Assembly: GCF_001194135.2 (NCBI RefSeq)
Contig: NC_068989.1
Span: 26,663,516-26,703,784 of the forward strand
Length of the DNA stretch: 40,269 nucleotides
Direction of reading: 5' to 3'
DNA from: Octopus bimaculoides
Taxonomy: Eukaryota
Positions within the stretch are counted from its first letter, which is position 1. Each line of letters opens with the position of its first letter. The translations under genes and the position numbers were made by a program. The notes beneath the pieces were generated by a model. It searched no databases. It was given only the letters and a program-made list of their open reading frames with translations, and had not been told where the DNA came from. Positions 22,311-35,540 of this stretch are shown in pieces.

Positions 22311-24769
22311 CTTAATCTGTTAGTGAATAACAACATACTATACGGAATATTTGTTATTCAACAAATAACGCGGCCATTACATCCGAATTTCCTTGTCAAG
22401 AAATAGAATGATATTTCTATCATAATTTTGTCTTAGATATCGACAATAATCTAATACAAGTGGTGTTGATTCATGGGAAGGTTTCTCATTGAATTATATA
22501 CAAGGAACCCATGGTCAGACCATGCACAATTTAAGTTGTTCCAAGGAAGACTCAACGGGGGTGTTATCAAAGGAATAGCACAGACGTGTTAATGAAACGA
22601 TGGAAACAATGAGTAATAGAGTTCTGTGCTACATTCACACCATCTCGAAACATGAATTCTGATGAAATGCTCTTTTACGTGTACCCTAGAAAGGATGGCT
22701 TTTGTTAAAGAACTGCAACGGTAACAAGATTAATTTTAACATAAACATTTGGAATGCTTCTTTGCTTATTTTTTTCCTAATCAGTTTCCTTTGTTTTGAA
22801 AGAATTCCGACAACTTAAACGCTAAAATCAGGAAGGCAATTGGAAGCGTGTACGATGCTTTTGTAAGAAAAGTCTCTCACGTGCCTGTGGGAATTTTTGA
22901 GCAGCATATTACTTCTGTTATATTTGTGTTTTACAAATAGTATTACGCAGAAAGAGAACAAGTTGTTGAAATCATACTTAAAGAAGATTGTTTAGACAAT
23001 CAATATGCTCTGAATTGTTTCAATAGAGAAGCTTTCGGAATTACATGTTTTGTTTTTAACAAGTAATTCACAAAATCTAAAATTAATGAATAAATATAAG
23101 TGATAATGCACCATTTGAAGAATAAACGTGTTTTGATACTTAAATTGAAGTAATGAAAGCATTTTAGAAGGTATATTTAAGCAATGGTTGATGTCAACGG
23201 CTATAAAAATAATATTGAATAACAGTAATTTATAAAGATTGCAATATGCAACATAAAAATAATTGATAACAATGTTTCTAAACAAGCTAATAGAAAAATA
23301 CTATCATCTATCAATTATATTCGAGCATAAGGAACAAGAAATGTGAGCATTTTATAAAACGAAATAATAATTGCGGGTAAATTCATTATCATTACTTTGG
23401 GTTGTGTTGAGAATTATACTTTTATAACTTTTTTTTTAGTAAGGATAGACCTATTATAAGAGATGACAGTTTTTACAGAAAACAAAAACTTTGCGTGTGT
23501 ATATTCTTGAGATGCTAATATTGGTAACGCAAGCTTTCGCAATAATCACACCAAACTTTTCGGGAATTCCAATGTTTTAGAACATCATTTTCGGCATTTT
23601 CCCGCAGTATTCCAGTTAGTAGATGATCTGTTTCAACTATTTCTCTATCAGCTTTAAAAGGTTCTAATTCGTAACTCCAAATTGAGCTGTTTTGCAAATC
23701 AGAGAGTTGCATGTTAAATATTCCAAAATGAATCAACTTCAGCATTCCCAAAGACATTTTGTCTAAAGTTATGCTGTTAATGTATTTATTGAATTGTTCT
23801 GTTGTTTATTAAATAGAATTTAATTATTATGTAGCTTTCTAAATGTTTCTCATCTCATTAGTATCATTATGTCACATGTTTTTTTTACAGAGATTGATAT
23901 ATATGGAATTTAGTGGTATATCTTAGAAAAAAATAAGGAAAAGAATATAAGTATTTCACCAATGCATGTAACAGGTCTTCAAAGGGGTTAAACATGAAGA
24001 GAAATCAGTAACATACAGAAATTTACAGGCCCACATGATATCAAACCGTCTCGACAAAAAAAAAATATTTCTCAAAACCAGTCGATTTCCAGTCGTAAAA
24101 TCATCAATTAGTTTAAAAACATAACTTTAACCAGTGACCCTATTCATTGATAAGTACCATTTTCTCATCAATTTTACATCACCCGTTAAATTATGAAAAA
24201 TCCTTGTTTCAAAGTACATACTATACCAAATAATAACTGTTGTTTTTACAGAAAGAATTAGAATTAACCATGCAGAAACTTTTTTTCGGTTATCATGAAA
24301 CGAAAAACTACAAATGACGATCGGTCGAAAAGTATACAAAACTTGAGTCTCAGCTGATAGATCAAAGTGCAACATCGTTTGCTACACATGAACGAACTGT
24401 TTTTAAAAGGTAATTTTCTGCTCCCTTATAATACCACAACCGTAAGCTAATGTATGCTAATTGCGCACGATCATGTATATTGTTTTATTGACACAATTAT
24501 AAATAGTTCATGAATGAGAAACCCAGGCAGACTAATCTTGGATTATAAGTGTTCGTATTTTTTTATGGTACTCATTAAATTCAATAAATAGCCGACATAG
24601 ACACAAATATAAAACAAAAGCAAAAATGACGACCCTATATTTTTAACAGTAATGAACGTGCACAAAGAATAAAATACTCGATAATTCACAAAGGAAATAT
24701 TTATTAATACTTTTAGTATAATGTATAACACGTAAAACTTAATGCCAACATGATCAAGATTCGTTAACT

Positions 24770-25540
24770 GATACGGCCAGTCGTTTTCTACCACTCTAGG
24801 TGCTTTTACAGTCAGCTTTTTCCACTGGTTTCTGCTCTGTGTCATGCATAAGACGTTTGCAGTATTCCAGCCTGTCCAGTTTTTGATGTTGCCAAACCAG
24901 CCTTCCCTCAACTGTACTCTGGAGAATGGTTTTGGACTGGGAATTCTGTCGGGATGCATGACCGTACTAGACAAGCTTTCGTTTTGTCGCTTTTGCCAAC
25001 ACAAGGAGTGGCTCCTTTTTACTAGCATATTATTGCTTGATAAATCTGTTCGTTTAGTGCTCTATGTACATAATATGTAGATGCTTTCTGAATTTTGTTG
25101 CAAAACTGACCGAATTGCTTTTCCGTATTGTTCAGATTCAGCAGCTGAGGCTATAATGTGTCTTGTTATTTCTTTTTGAAATTTTCCGTCCTTGGTAAAA
25201 GTGGGTCCTAAACTACTTGAAAGTCTCCACTTCATCAAGACCTCATTTCTGTTACCGTTACATATTATGTTGCTCTCCTCTTGTCTCATCTCCATCCCAT
25301 ATGCTCCTAATACTTTCTCCAGTCTGGTGATGAGCACCTCTAGTTCCAATCCACAGCTTCTTACGAGATCACTATCATCAGCAAAGCACAGGATGGAAAT
25401 GGACCGTCTTCCAATTGAAAGAGAGCAGTCGATGTCTTGAAGTGTCTTCTGCATGATGGTTTCCAAGAAGAGGTTAAAAGTATTGAAGAGAAGAGGCATC
25501 GTTGTCTAACATCCACTGTTGTCGTCAAGGATTATCCAAT
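24770..25540 (-). mobile_element. RTE-clade LINE fragment, second family, degenerate
   Basis: TTVDVRQRCLFS, LFLETIMQKTL..SIGRRSISILCFADD (FADD at 25374-25385), SLSSTVM..WFGNIKNWTG..RNQWKKLTVKAPR. Confidence 0.85.
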
Positions 25541-25810
25541 CTATCAGTAGGTAAATAAATTTACATTAAAGAAGGACACGAGTAGAAGGGAAAGATAGAT
25601 AAATTGTATTGGTAAAATGAGTGAATTTCTCCCGATGTACATACTACTTAGTATAAATCATGGACTAATAAAGTATTTCATTAGAAACGAAACCTCCTCA
25701 AGTAAAGTTTAGAAGTGAAAAACAAAATGAAAGAAAGCAAGAAGAGGAGCGTTTGTAGAGAAAAGCCAAATGTAAATTATGAGAGAGCACATGAGCGTAA
25801 TTAAAAATTA

Positions 25811-25871
<61 letters not shown>

Positions 25872-27011
25872 NNNNNNNNNNNNNNNNNNNNNNNNNNNNN
25901 NNNNNNNNNNNNNNNNNNNNNNNNNNNNNNNNNNNNNNNNNNNNNNNNNNNNAACCACATCATAAATGATACACATGTATACGCACCCGAATTTGTTGCT
26001 TCATAACATCCGGAAAAGTGGATACTTTTAAACAAATATTTCTACAAATACTGCTTAAATGTTGTGGCTTTAGGTTATGTAGGGATTCATGAGAAAGAAG
26101 TTTTGCGAGAGGGTGAATAGAGGAATTTCAGAAAATTCATGCGATCTGATATTTTTCCCTCATATCTTTCGGGAAGGTGGGTATCTTTTAATGAAAATTT
26201 ATACAAATCCCTTTCAAACCACATAGAGTACGATTATAAAGAAATATGGGGAAAATCTTTTCAGGGATTTTCCCCATTTTTTTTAAACCACAGCCTTTGA
26301 AAAGATGGGAATGGTGGGCATCTTTGTACACCCCTATCTCTCATCATCTCACTCCGGAGCTATTTTGGCCAATTTTTGTTTTTTGCACTTCAAAAGCACG
26401 GGAAGAACATTTTCGGTAAAAAGAAAAATGATAATATTTTAGGAGGGAAAAGTGATTTAATGGTGATTTGGCTGTTATTTGTATTACATCCAAAGACATA
26501 CCTCTTCGTGTCTTTACCACTCTCGCATCTATTGATATTATTCGATATTTACCCCCATAAATACATTTATATGGAATGAAAAAGAAAATTTGAGAAATTG
26601 TGAATTTTTTGCAACCTCACTCTCTAACCCCGGTTGTTCCTGTTTAGAAATTAACGTATTGGAGAGCCTGAGAAAGTCATTGCTGGCATTTATCCACAGT
26701 GAGTTTTTAAAATTACGGAGATATGCTTACATAGCAAGTTACTTGATCTGAGATCGTGTGCTGAAACAAAAACTATTGCAACGTGGAAGATATTTGTAAA
26801 CCATTCAAGAACACCCAAATAGCGTTACTTCCACTTGAACATTAAAACTTCTTTTGTGTCAAACTATTTTCGTCGCTTCGAAACCGTGAGAAAACTTCAC
26901 AAAAGTGATGCAGTATGAAGTTTTATGAGTGAGCAGCACGTGCACACGCGCGCACGCCCACACGCACACCCGCATGCACGCACACGCACACACACACATT
27001 CATTGCATCTA

Positions 27012-27055
<44 letters not shown>

Positions 27056-27579
27056 TGTGCGCATTACTTTAGAAGCTGTGTTTGGAAACTCTGAATAAGA
27101 TGCAAGTTTCGAGTACTTGTCGGTAACTTTTTTTCCTCGTCTTCTAATAATAATGACCCAACTTTCTAGGCTCTTCTCACAGCCATACCATGTTCAAAAA
27201 TTATACATGTATTTTAAAAAAATTCATTCAATATATAATGTTATTACCTTTCCTATACACTAATACGAGAATAAAAACTTAATAGAGAAAGTGAGAGAGT
27301 TTGCAAATGAAAATGGAATACTCCGCAGTGAATACAATAACTATTTAAATTTGTGATGAACTGGATGCAGTGAATATTTAAATTTGCGAGAAATTTGAGT
27401 TACAAATATTCAATAACACTGATAAAACGAAATTATAGAGAATTCCGTCGAACATTCGTAGTTTTGGAAATGAGCAGAACGGAGTTGTCATTTGTAAGTT
27501 AAAATAGCTGTTTATCGTTTAAAAGTGTGTGAACTGTTTTTTTTTTTTTTTTTNNNNNNNNNNTTTTTTTTTTTTTCTT

Positions 27580-28850
27580 TTTGCTGCCTTGAAACAGCTT
27601 GCTGTCAAAATGGTGTTGTACGAGGATTACAGCTCTTCGGGACTGTCTTTATCGGAAGAGGAACTTTTAAGAGCAGTGAGGAAGATTGATGAAAAAATAG
27701 ACGAGAGGAAGTGTTATTCAAGAGTTGCGGAAGTCGTAAATAGGGAAGTAAATTTAACATATTTGAAGAACTACGAGATGTTGCACAGAGAAGGTGGCGA
27801 TGTAAAGTTATCAAGAAATCATGAAATGTATGCAGGAAAAGACAATTGTTTATAAAGAGTACTCAATAGAAAAGAAGCAAATCGAGATAATGTTGACAGA
27901 CAAAATAGAAAAGTCCCTAAAACCAATGTGTCAATATATTACATATCTTCCCAGAGGAAACCGATTCGGCACAGTGGAGGTTCGCCTCGGAGAGGCAGCC
28001 CAAGACGAAACAGTACTCAGCGAACCCCTAGGAACTGAAAGTTTGGTACTTCTAGGCGAGCTTCTAGGGTTATGGTAGAGGGGATTCCACCTGAAATCGG
28101 CGTGGCTTGAGCGGCGGTAATTGTTATACTGGTAGCTAATGAGGATGAAGTAGCAGTCCTCCAGGCTACTAAATCAGACACAATAAATTGGAAAGACCAA
28201 ACTTTGGATCTAATAAGAATGGAAGGTTGCGGGGAACAAAACTCAAAGAAAAAGGAAGGTGAGTCAGACAGAGTTAAAACTCCAGCCCACACCCACCCTA
28301 CCCACGCCTTCTCAACCCCACCCTTCCTCCGCAGACACCAAACCCACCCTTCGCCTCGGACACAAAAACATAAAAGGAAAGCTCTCACACACAGGAACCA
28401 TCAAACTTCCCCTCCCCCAGCCAAGGAAGGAAGTTGTTTTGCATATATGCTATACGATATTTCGAATGAAAAACTGATCCAAGACACAATGACGTGGAAA
28501 GACACACTGTTTATTAATATGGAAGTGGTGATCAATATAAAGGGTGACACGTATGTATGTTGGTGTCGGAAGAACAGAAAGGAAGTAGGGTAAATATTGA
28601 CAAAAGTAAATTGCCAGATAAGATGTTCTATACGGACCTTGCAAAGGAATGTACAACGGACATACTAGAAGGAGCAGTGTTTAAAAAGAAGTGAAGCTTC
28701 ACAGAGTTGGGGCGAGTAACTTCATTTTCATTTTTTTCATTTGTCATTCATGTTTTCATACGTTGTTCCTTTCTTTCCGCTTGTTTTGTGTCCCCCACAT
28801 GTAGTGTATTGTCCCCTCTATGTTCGCCCCTAATAGTCAATAAAAATCAA
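27580..28850 (+). mobile_element. Non-LTR retrotransposon ORF1-like remnant (probably L1/Tx1), followed by a 3'-UTR-like tail
   Basis: ATG at 27610; broken reading frames KTIVYKEYS..YLPRGNRFGTVEVR..VEGIPPEI..YVCWCRK; T-rich tail with AATAAA at 28839. No RT present, so the clade assignment is from memory of similar octopus LINE ORF1s. Confidence 0.5.
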
Positions 28851-29048
28851 ATTTCGTCGAACATTCATAGTTTGGTCGTCAATAATCTAAGTTACAATTG
28901 TGTTATTTTGCTGCTCTTAGATTATCGTTCGTTACAGTTGTTATTTTGTTTCAGTTATCCTTGAACACTTTGTGAATTGTTTGTACTGTCATGCGCAAGA
29001 TTGCTTGTGCTTCCTTCCTCATAGAGGAGGGTCGGCCTAGGGAATACG

Positions 29049-29234
29049 ATGTCGGACTAAGACATCAGCTATACGGTGCTGACGTCGTCGGAAGAAGAAT
29101 TTCTGTGCACAAGTGCGGAAATGGATGAGAAAATGGGAATAGAGAAGAGAAACTTCAAAGAAGTTACGAAATATCAGGAAGATGAGATTCATCTTGAAGA
29201 ACTGGGAAATATAAAACAATTGCTGAGTCGCTAA
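29049..29234 (+). pseudogene. Diverged paralog of the ORF1 N-terminus at 27610
   Basis: MSD*DISYTVLTSSEEEFL..EMDEKM aligns with MVLYEDYSSSGLSLSEEELL..KIDEKI. Confidence 0.5.
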
Positions 29235-29259
29235 GGATTTAATGTTGAATCCCCCCCCG

Positions 29260-29298
<39 letters not shown>

Positions 29299-29688
29299 GA
29301 AATCGTTAATGACAGAAGAGAACGTACGATCGAATACAAGACGTATTAAGTGGATACTGGGAAAGTAGACAATATGTCCACAACCTAAGCTGAGAAGGCA
29401 CTAAGTCCATTTTGACAAGAGATTAGATATTTGCCAGAGAGGCCAAATAAACTTACTCGGAAATGGTTGCGTAGCATTCAATTAAATAATAATATGAATA
29501 TATATGTATATATAGAACAAATAGTGACGATTAACAATTCAAGCAAAATTCTTCACAAGCTCTCTGTTGGCATATCAAGTTATCAATATTAGTTGCAGGG
29601 TTCCAGGTTATGGTTATTCACACTTCTATATTGTAAATGTGTGGGTGGTCTCCGGATAAACTGTATTTTAACACAGCCTGATAAGTAA

Positions 29689-30166
29689 GAAACAAGTTTA
29701 AAATAACGGTCATTACATTTAATTTCTTTATTTGAACTAATCTGGCTTACAGCTGTTTCCAGCAGTCACTATAGGTACATTACTGGTTGGTTTACTCAGT
29801 TATTCTATTAATCAATTGATGCAGAGCCATTTCTGGATATAACAAGCAGAGCACTTGAGGAAGTCTATGTTCCATATATTTTCCTCAAACTCAGCCAGAT
29901 ACGGTTGTTTGAAGAGCGGGTTTCCTCTGTTTTTAAATTCATTATTCCATGCTACTTTTGTTTCCTTTTGATTTTCTCAAGTGGTCTACTTGTTATATTC
30001 GGAAATGCCTCTGACAAAAGTAGCATTAATCTGCCTCAATTGATAAATAGATCAATTGCATAAACCTAGCAGATATGTAACTATAATGACTACTAGAAAC
30101 ACCTGCAAACCAAATTTGCTCAAATAGAGAAATTAAATGGATAGATCATTATTTTTACTTTGTTTC
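29689..30166. mobile_element. Old MITE-like element with about 137-bp diverged inverted repeats
   Basis: 29689-29825 matches the reverse complement of 30030-30166 colinearly (roughly three quarters identical by eye); right end runs into the gap at 30170. Confidence 0.7.
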
Positions 30167-32894
30167 TTTNNNNNNNNNNNNNNNATATATATATATATAT
30201 ATATATATAATAGTTGAGAGATATTCTCCGTATAAAATAAATGTTGTAGTGCTCGAGAGGTCTAAATCTGAGCAAGTAGTGGATTAAATGTAAAGATCAG
30301 CAAGTTAAGCAACTCGATATATCAAAAAACATTGAATACCTTTAATGCAAACGATATATTTATGCTTACATGTAAAAAGGTCCGGCTTACAGACTAGAAA
30401 CTATATCTGGAGTTAAAGGGGTTGAATAAGAGATTTATGAGTCCAATAACTGGTTCTGTGGGCTTGCAAATGTGGTTGGTATTTTGCAGACAATAAAGTA
30501 AATTTTGAACGCGGTGAAGTGTAAGAGCAGAAGAATTAAGATAGGGTATTTAATCTCGTAAGACAGAAAAAAGTTGGCAGCAGGCTTATTTATATACACA
30601 CATACATATATAAAATTTATCATTCGTATTTGATCGACAGGTTGGCAGGATCCAACAGGTCAGTGGACTGCATTACATCAGTATTTATGTCACCTCTTCC
30701 AAATAAAGAGTATTTTAATTTCATATTTTTATCAAAAACTTATAAAAGTATCAGAAATGCAACGTGACATTCAATATGACTTAATATGGACTATCAAGGC
30801 TCCGTAGGAATAGTTTATGTACATTATCAACTTTATACTATTTGATAATGTTTGTAAGCCGAAGTTCCCTGTCATCTGAGCATGCTGTGTAATGCTTATA
30901 CGTATGGGATTCGTATTTCAATATGCGGGCACCATTATCTGTTGAGAAGCGAATTAAGAATATGAAATAATTTACAAATTGAATATCGGAAACAATAATA
31001 TGTAAACATATAATCTGATACATATATGCATACGGAGTATATGCTATTGTTTGCAGTGATGGACGAGAGTTAGCATAAACTTCCGAGGAATGCATCTGGG
31101 ATCCGTTGAATATCATTTGTATAATGCGATTTTAAAGTAAAGGATGTGTAGCGCGCCATGGTGCTAGATCACAAGTATTATTTTACTAGTATGCTTTACA
31201 CCCAGTTTCCGACGATATGTTATTGAACTATCCTTTATGACGAAAGGTATGAAACCAGAGTAGATTGCTTGCATTTGTCATGGATTCTTAAATATTGTAT
31301 GAACAATAAAATATTGATTTTAATGGACTTGAGGTGTTACCCACGTAGGTTTTTGTACGGATGTTAGTGGTAACTCAACATTTGTCCACAGAATCGCATC
31401 GTTTGCGATTAAAGAACAGTTATTGATTTCGGTGCAGCTGCTCGTGTTAGTTTATGTACTGCTAATGTATTTGTTATTTTTACTAAGTTAGGAGATTTTA
31501 GAATATACTAAAAATTGCACAGACAATTTGTAGTTTTTCAAAACGATGTTTTATAACATTTAATTAAAATTCTAGTCATATTGTTTAAGAGAAAATTCTC
31601 TGGGATTATGTTAAACAAGTTAATATAGCAGTGATAGTGAATTTGAGCTGAAGTGATTAATGGCGTTCTACGCGTTTATTATTTATTAATATTTTTTAGC
31701 ATAGAATGTTGGTATCTCTGTGTAATATATCTTAACAATGAAGATGACCATTATATAAGATTGATTGATATTAGACCGAAAAATCTGTTGGTTTACCGAC
31801 TGTTGACGTTTTTGAGATATGCCGGTTAATAACATACTTGCAGCAGTAAAAATATATACAAATAAAATTTTGTAATTGATTATACTTTAGTATATGATAT
31901 AAAGGGATTGGAAACGTAGCATCTAATAATTTTTGCATGATGTGTACAAATTGTAGTTCGAAATTGTAATTCTAATGTATTTACCGCATGTGGGTGGAAC
32001 TGATTTAGAATGTAACTTATATTGTTAGAAAATAAGTGTTTCATTGCGTATAGTCGGTAACAGTTAATGAATTATACGGTACCCGCAAAATCGATAGTAC
32101 CCCTGGCAAGATTGAGTTCTTCGGTGAATTTCTGATAGTTTCATATTATTGGTATATTTGACAAAAGGCTTTTTTTTTTTTTAATACAGGTACGCACATA
32201 TATGAATACACACACGTACACATACAAACACACACACATATATCGGTTTCGCAATCTATTAAGTTGTTAATTGGAATATTTTTTGTCAATAAGTGTAGAT
32301 TGATTAATTTATGATACGAAAGTATTCTAAACGGTAAATATTTGCATACTTATTTTATTTATAACGAAGGCAGGCTCAGCTTTATTATACACATATACTG
32401 TACAATTTCATACTCAGAAAATCCTAGCATGTTTCACTTTTGAGGAATATGTTATGAACAATATGTGTGCTGGTCTGTTCTATAGCAGCCTTCATAAAAC
32501 ATTGGTGGGTTATCTTTGTAAATTCGCGTTATGATGCATATCTAGCACATGAGTCTTTGTCTCTGATATCGAAACGACCTATTAGGGCTTAGGTATAATA
32601 CCTTATTGAATGAGTTAGATTCAAAGTGATTAATGATTCAACAGACACATCAAACTTACATTAGGTCTCAAGGCTGGAAAGCTACATTACAGTTACAGTA
32701 CACCTGACTGCTTTCGCATAATTTGCGACGACTGATTATGATATACAAAAAGCGGGTAGACAAAAAACTGTTCTGAAAGACATTTGCGCATGATGCCATG
32801 ATGATCGAATGCATCCGATTGAAGACTAATACTAATTTCTTATCAATGCTGTCACACTCCCATATATGTGTGCGCATCTGTGTGCGTGTGTTTG

Positions 32895-33236
32895 TATTTT
32901 CTCTTTATATATATCTATATATATACTGTAAAATTATAATTCAGCGAAGGACATACTGAGTTTTTCTACCTGCTGGAAATAACAGTAAAGAATATACTTA
33001 TTTAAATCGACAAAATACACTGATTATAAGTACAGAAATCAATCGTCTGAAGGCTAGTGTGCTAAGACAATCTCTCAGCACACGTTCAAGGATTTGGACT
33101 CAAGTTGACCGGTTTCTGGACTGGCATAATAGCATGCGTTACCATGAAAGAGAGCCCCAATCCGTCACGCTGAAGTGTCAGTTGCAACTAATTCGTTTTG
33201 CGCCGAATTAATAATATAATAGAATCAATAATATAG
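32895..33236 (-). repeat. 342-bp repeat X, copy 1 (PLE pseudo-LTR family D, core-deleted hammerhead)
   Basis: One mismatch vs 35541-35882; GAAACCGGUC on the minus strand at 33107-33116; cut on the right by a gap. Confidence 0.85.
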
Positions 33237-33403
33237 NNNNNNNNNNNNNNNNNNNNNNNNNNNNNNNNNNNNNNNNNNNNNNNNNNNNNNNNNNNNNNNN
33301 NNNNNNNNNNNNNNNNNNNNNNNNNNNNNNNNNNNNNNNNNNNNNNNNNNNNNNNNNNNNNNNNNNNNNNNNNNNNNNNNNNNNNNNNNNNNNNNNNNNN
33401 NNN

Positions 33404-33557
33404 CCAAGTGCCAGCCTTGTCACACTCTGTGTCACGCTGAATCTCTCTGAGAACTACGTTAAGGGTACACGTGTCTGTGGAGTGCTCAGCCACTTGCACG
33501 TTAATTTCACGAGCAAGCTGTTCCGTTGGGAACCTCGTCGTCGTAAGCGACGGAGTG
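33404..33557 (+). mobile_element. 3' part of a second octopus-type SINE family
   Basis: GAGAACTACGTTAAGGGTACACGTGTCTGTGGAGTGCTCAGCCACTTGCACGTTAATTTCACGAGC..CTCGTCGTCGTAA.CGACGGAGTG recognised from memory as an abundant octopus SINE tail; head lost in the gap. Confidence 0.55.
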
Positions 33558-33582
33558 ATCCTTATATATATATATATATTGA

Positions 33583-34791
33583 ACGCGGACTGCGCCTACT
33601 TTTGCGAACCTGGTAATGGGCTATTTCGAGATCAAACTATACCAGAGAACACTCGAGAAATATGGAAGCTCCTTTTCCACATACATACAAAACAGCTGGA
33701 AAAGATATTTCGATGACTGTTTCATCCTCTGGAATGAAAGTATAGAAAAGCTCAACGTATTCCAAACACTTCTAAACGGAATAAACGAAAACCTCCAATT
33801 TACGATGGAATACAAGAATCAACAACTACCGTTTTTAGATATCCTCATAAAGAAAGTCGGAAACAAGATAGAGACAGACATCTATTATAAACCCACTGAT
33901 TCGAAACAGAACCTACCATTTGATTCTTGCCACCCGAGACACACCAGGACCAATATCCCATTTTGTTTAGCCAAAATAATATGTACTATAGTATCAGATG
34001 CAGACACCCGTTATACACGACTCCAGGAATTGAAATCCACTCATAAATAGAAACTATCGAAAATACACAAGAACTTAGACAACCAAGACCCAAGAAGGAA
34101 GAAAAATTAAAAACCCTGCCTTACATCTCCACATACAACCCACACAACAATGAGGCCTTCAACAACATACTCCACAGCACAACTCTACTCAAGAAAGACT
34201 CAAAAATGAACCAAATCTTCAAAACACATACAATCATCAAACGTAACAGGCAGCCAAAATCAATGAAAAAGATTTTAACCCAGGCCAAGTTACACCCAAA
34301 AATAACCTCTAAACCTACAGTAAAAAAATGCGGGAGACCCAACTGTGGAATTTGTGTCAACCTAATAGAAGGATCAGAACATCGATTAGAACAAAGCCAA
34401 AATTTCACAGTAAAAACTAATTTTACATGTGCATTGGAGAACTTGACCTACCTAATTACATGCTCTGGATGCAAACGGCAATATATTGGACGCACTAAAA
34501 ACAGCTTACGTCAGAGGATGGCGGTACACAAATCCCAAATTAGGATCCCAGAAAACAGGAAAATACCTCTCAGCCAGCACATCGACGAATGTGCTTACAA
34601 TAAATTTCCCAAATTCACAACGTTTCCTCTATACAAATTCAAAGACAATGCTAGCCAAAATGAACGCATTAGCAAAGAAATATTTTTTATAAGAAAATAC
34701 CGACCAAGTCTAAATTCTCTAAACTAGCAACACTGAGACTTTCATATATATTTTAATATTTTTATACGTAGATTTGCAAGTTATTCATAAG
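33583..34791 (+). mobile_element. Penelope-like element (Penelope/Poseidon-like), 5'-truncated; RT C-half + GIY-YIG endonuclease
   Basis: TRTAPTFANLVMGYFE, WKRYFDDCF, LPFLDI, YYKPTDS..SCHPRHT..IP; stop at 34048-34050; then CGRPNCGIC..FTC..NLTYLITC..C..QYIGRT..LRQRMAVH..QH..SKEIFFI..YRPSLN open to 34727. Confidence 0.95.
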
Positions 34792-35540
34792 NNNNNNNNN
34801 NNNNNNNNNNNNNNNNNNNNNNNNNNNNNNNNNNNNNNNNNNNNNNNNNNNNNNNNNNNNNNNNNNNNNNNNNNNNNNNNNNNNNNNNNNNNNNNNNNNN
34901 NNNNNNNNNNNNNNNNNNNNNNNNNNNNNNNNNNNNNNNNNNNNNNNNNNNNNNNNNNNNNNNNNNNNNNNNNNNNNNNNNNNNNNNNNNNNNNNNNNNN
35001 NNNNNNNNNNNNNNNNNNNNNNNNNNNNNNNNNNNNNNNNNNNNNNNNNNNNNNNNNNNNNNNNNNNNNNNNNNNNNNNNNNNNNNNNNNNNNNNNNNNN
35101 NNNNNNNNNNNNNNNNNNNNNNNNNNNNNNNNNNNNNNNNNNNNNNNNNNNNNNNNNNNNNNNNNNNNNNNNNNNNNNNNNNNNNNNNNNNNNNNNNNNN
35201 NNNNNNNNNNNNNNNNNNNNNNNNNNNNNNNNNNNNNNNNNNNNNNNNNNNNNNNNNNNNNNNNNNNNNNNNNNNNNNNNNNNNNNNNNNNNNNNNNNNN
35301 NNNNNNNNNNNNNNNNNNNNNNNNNNNNNNNNNNNNNNNNNNNNNNNNNNNNNNNNNNNNNNNNNNNNNNNNNNNNNNNNNNNNNNNNNNNNNNNNNNNN
35401 NNNNNNNNNNNNNNNNNNNNNNNNNNNNNNNNNNNNNNNNNNNNNNNNNNNNNNNNNNNNNNNNNNNNNNNNNNNNNNNNNNNNNNNNNNNNNNNNNNNN
35501 NNNNNNNNNNNNNNNNNNNNNNNNNNNNNAAGGTAGAGAA

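Noticed and set aside
22576-22665. Hammerhead-like words CGAAAC and CTGATGA
   Set aside because: Only about 8 nt lie between them, too few for stems III and I; the upstream alternative core (TTAATGA) lacks a convincing stem I.
22803-22862. 60-nt candidate exon (AG..GTAAGA, NSDNLNAKIRKAIGSVYDAF)
   Set aside because: Plausible splice words but no recognisable protein and no supporting neighbour exon.
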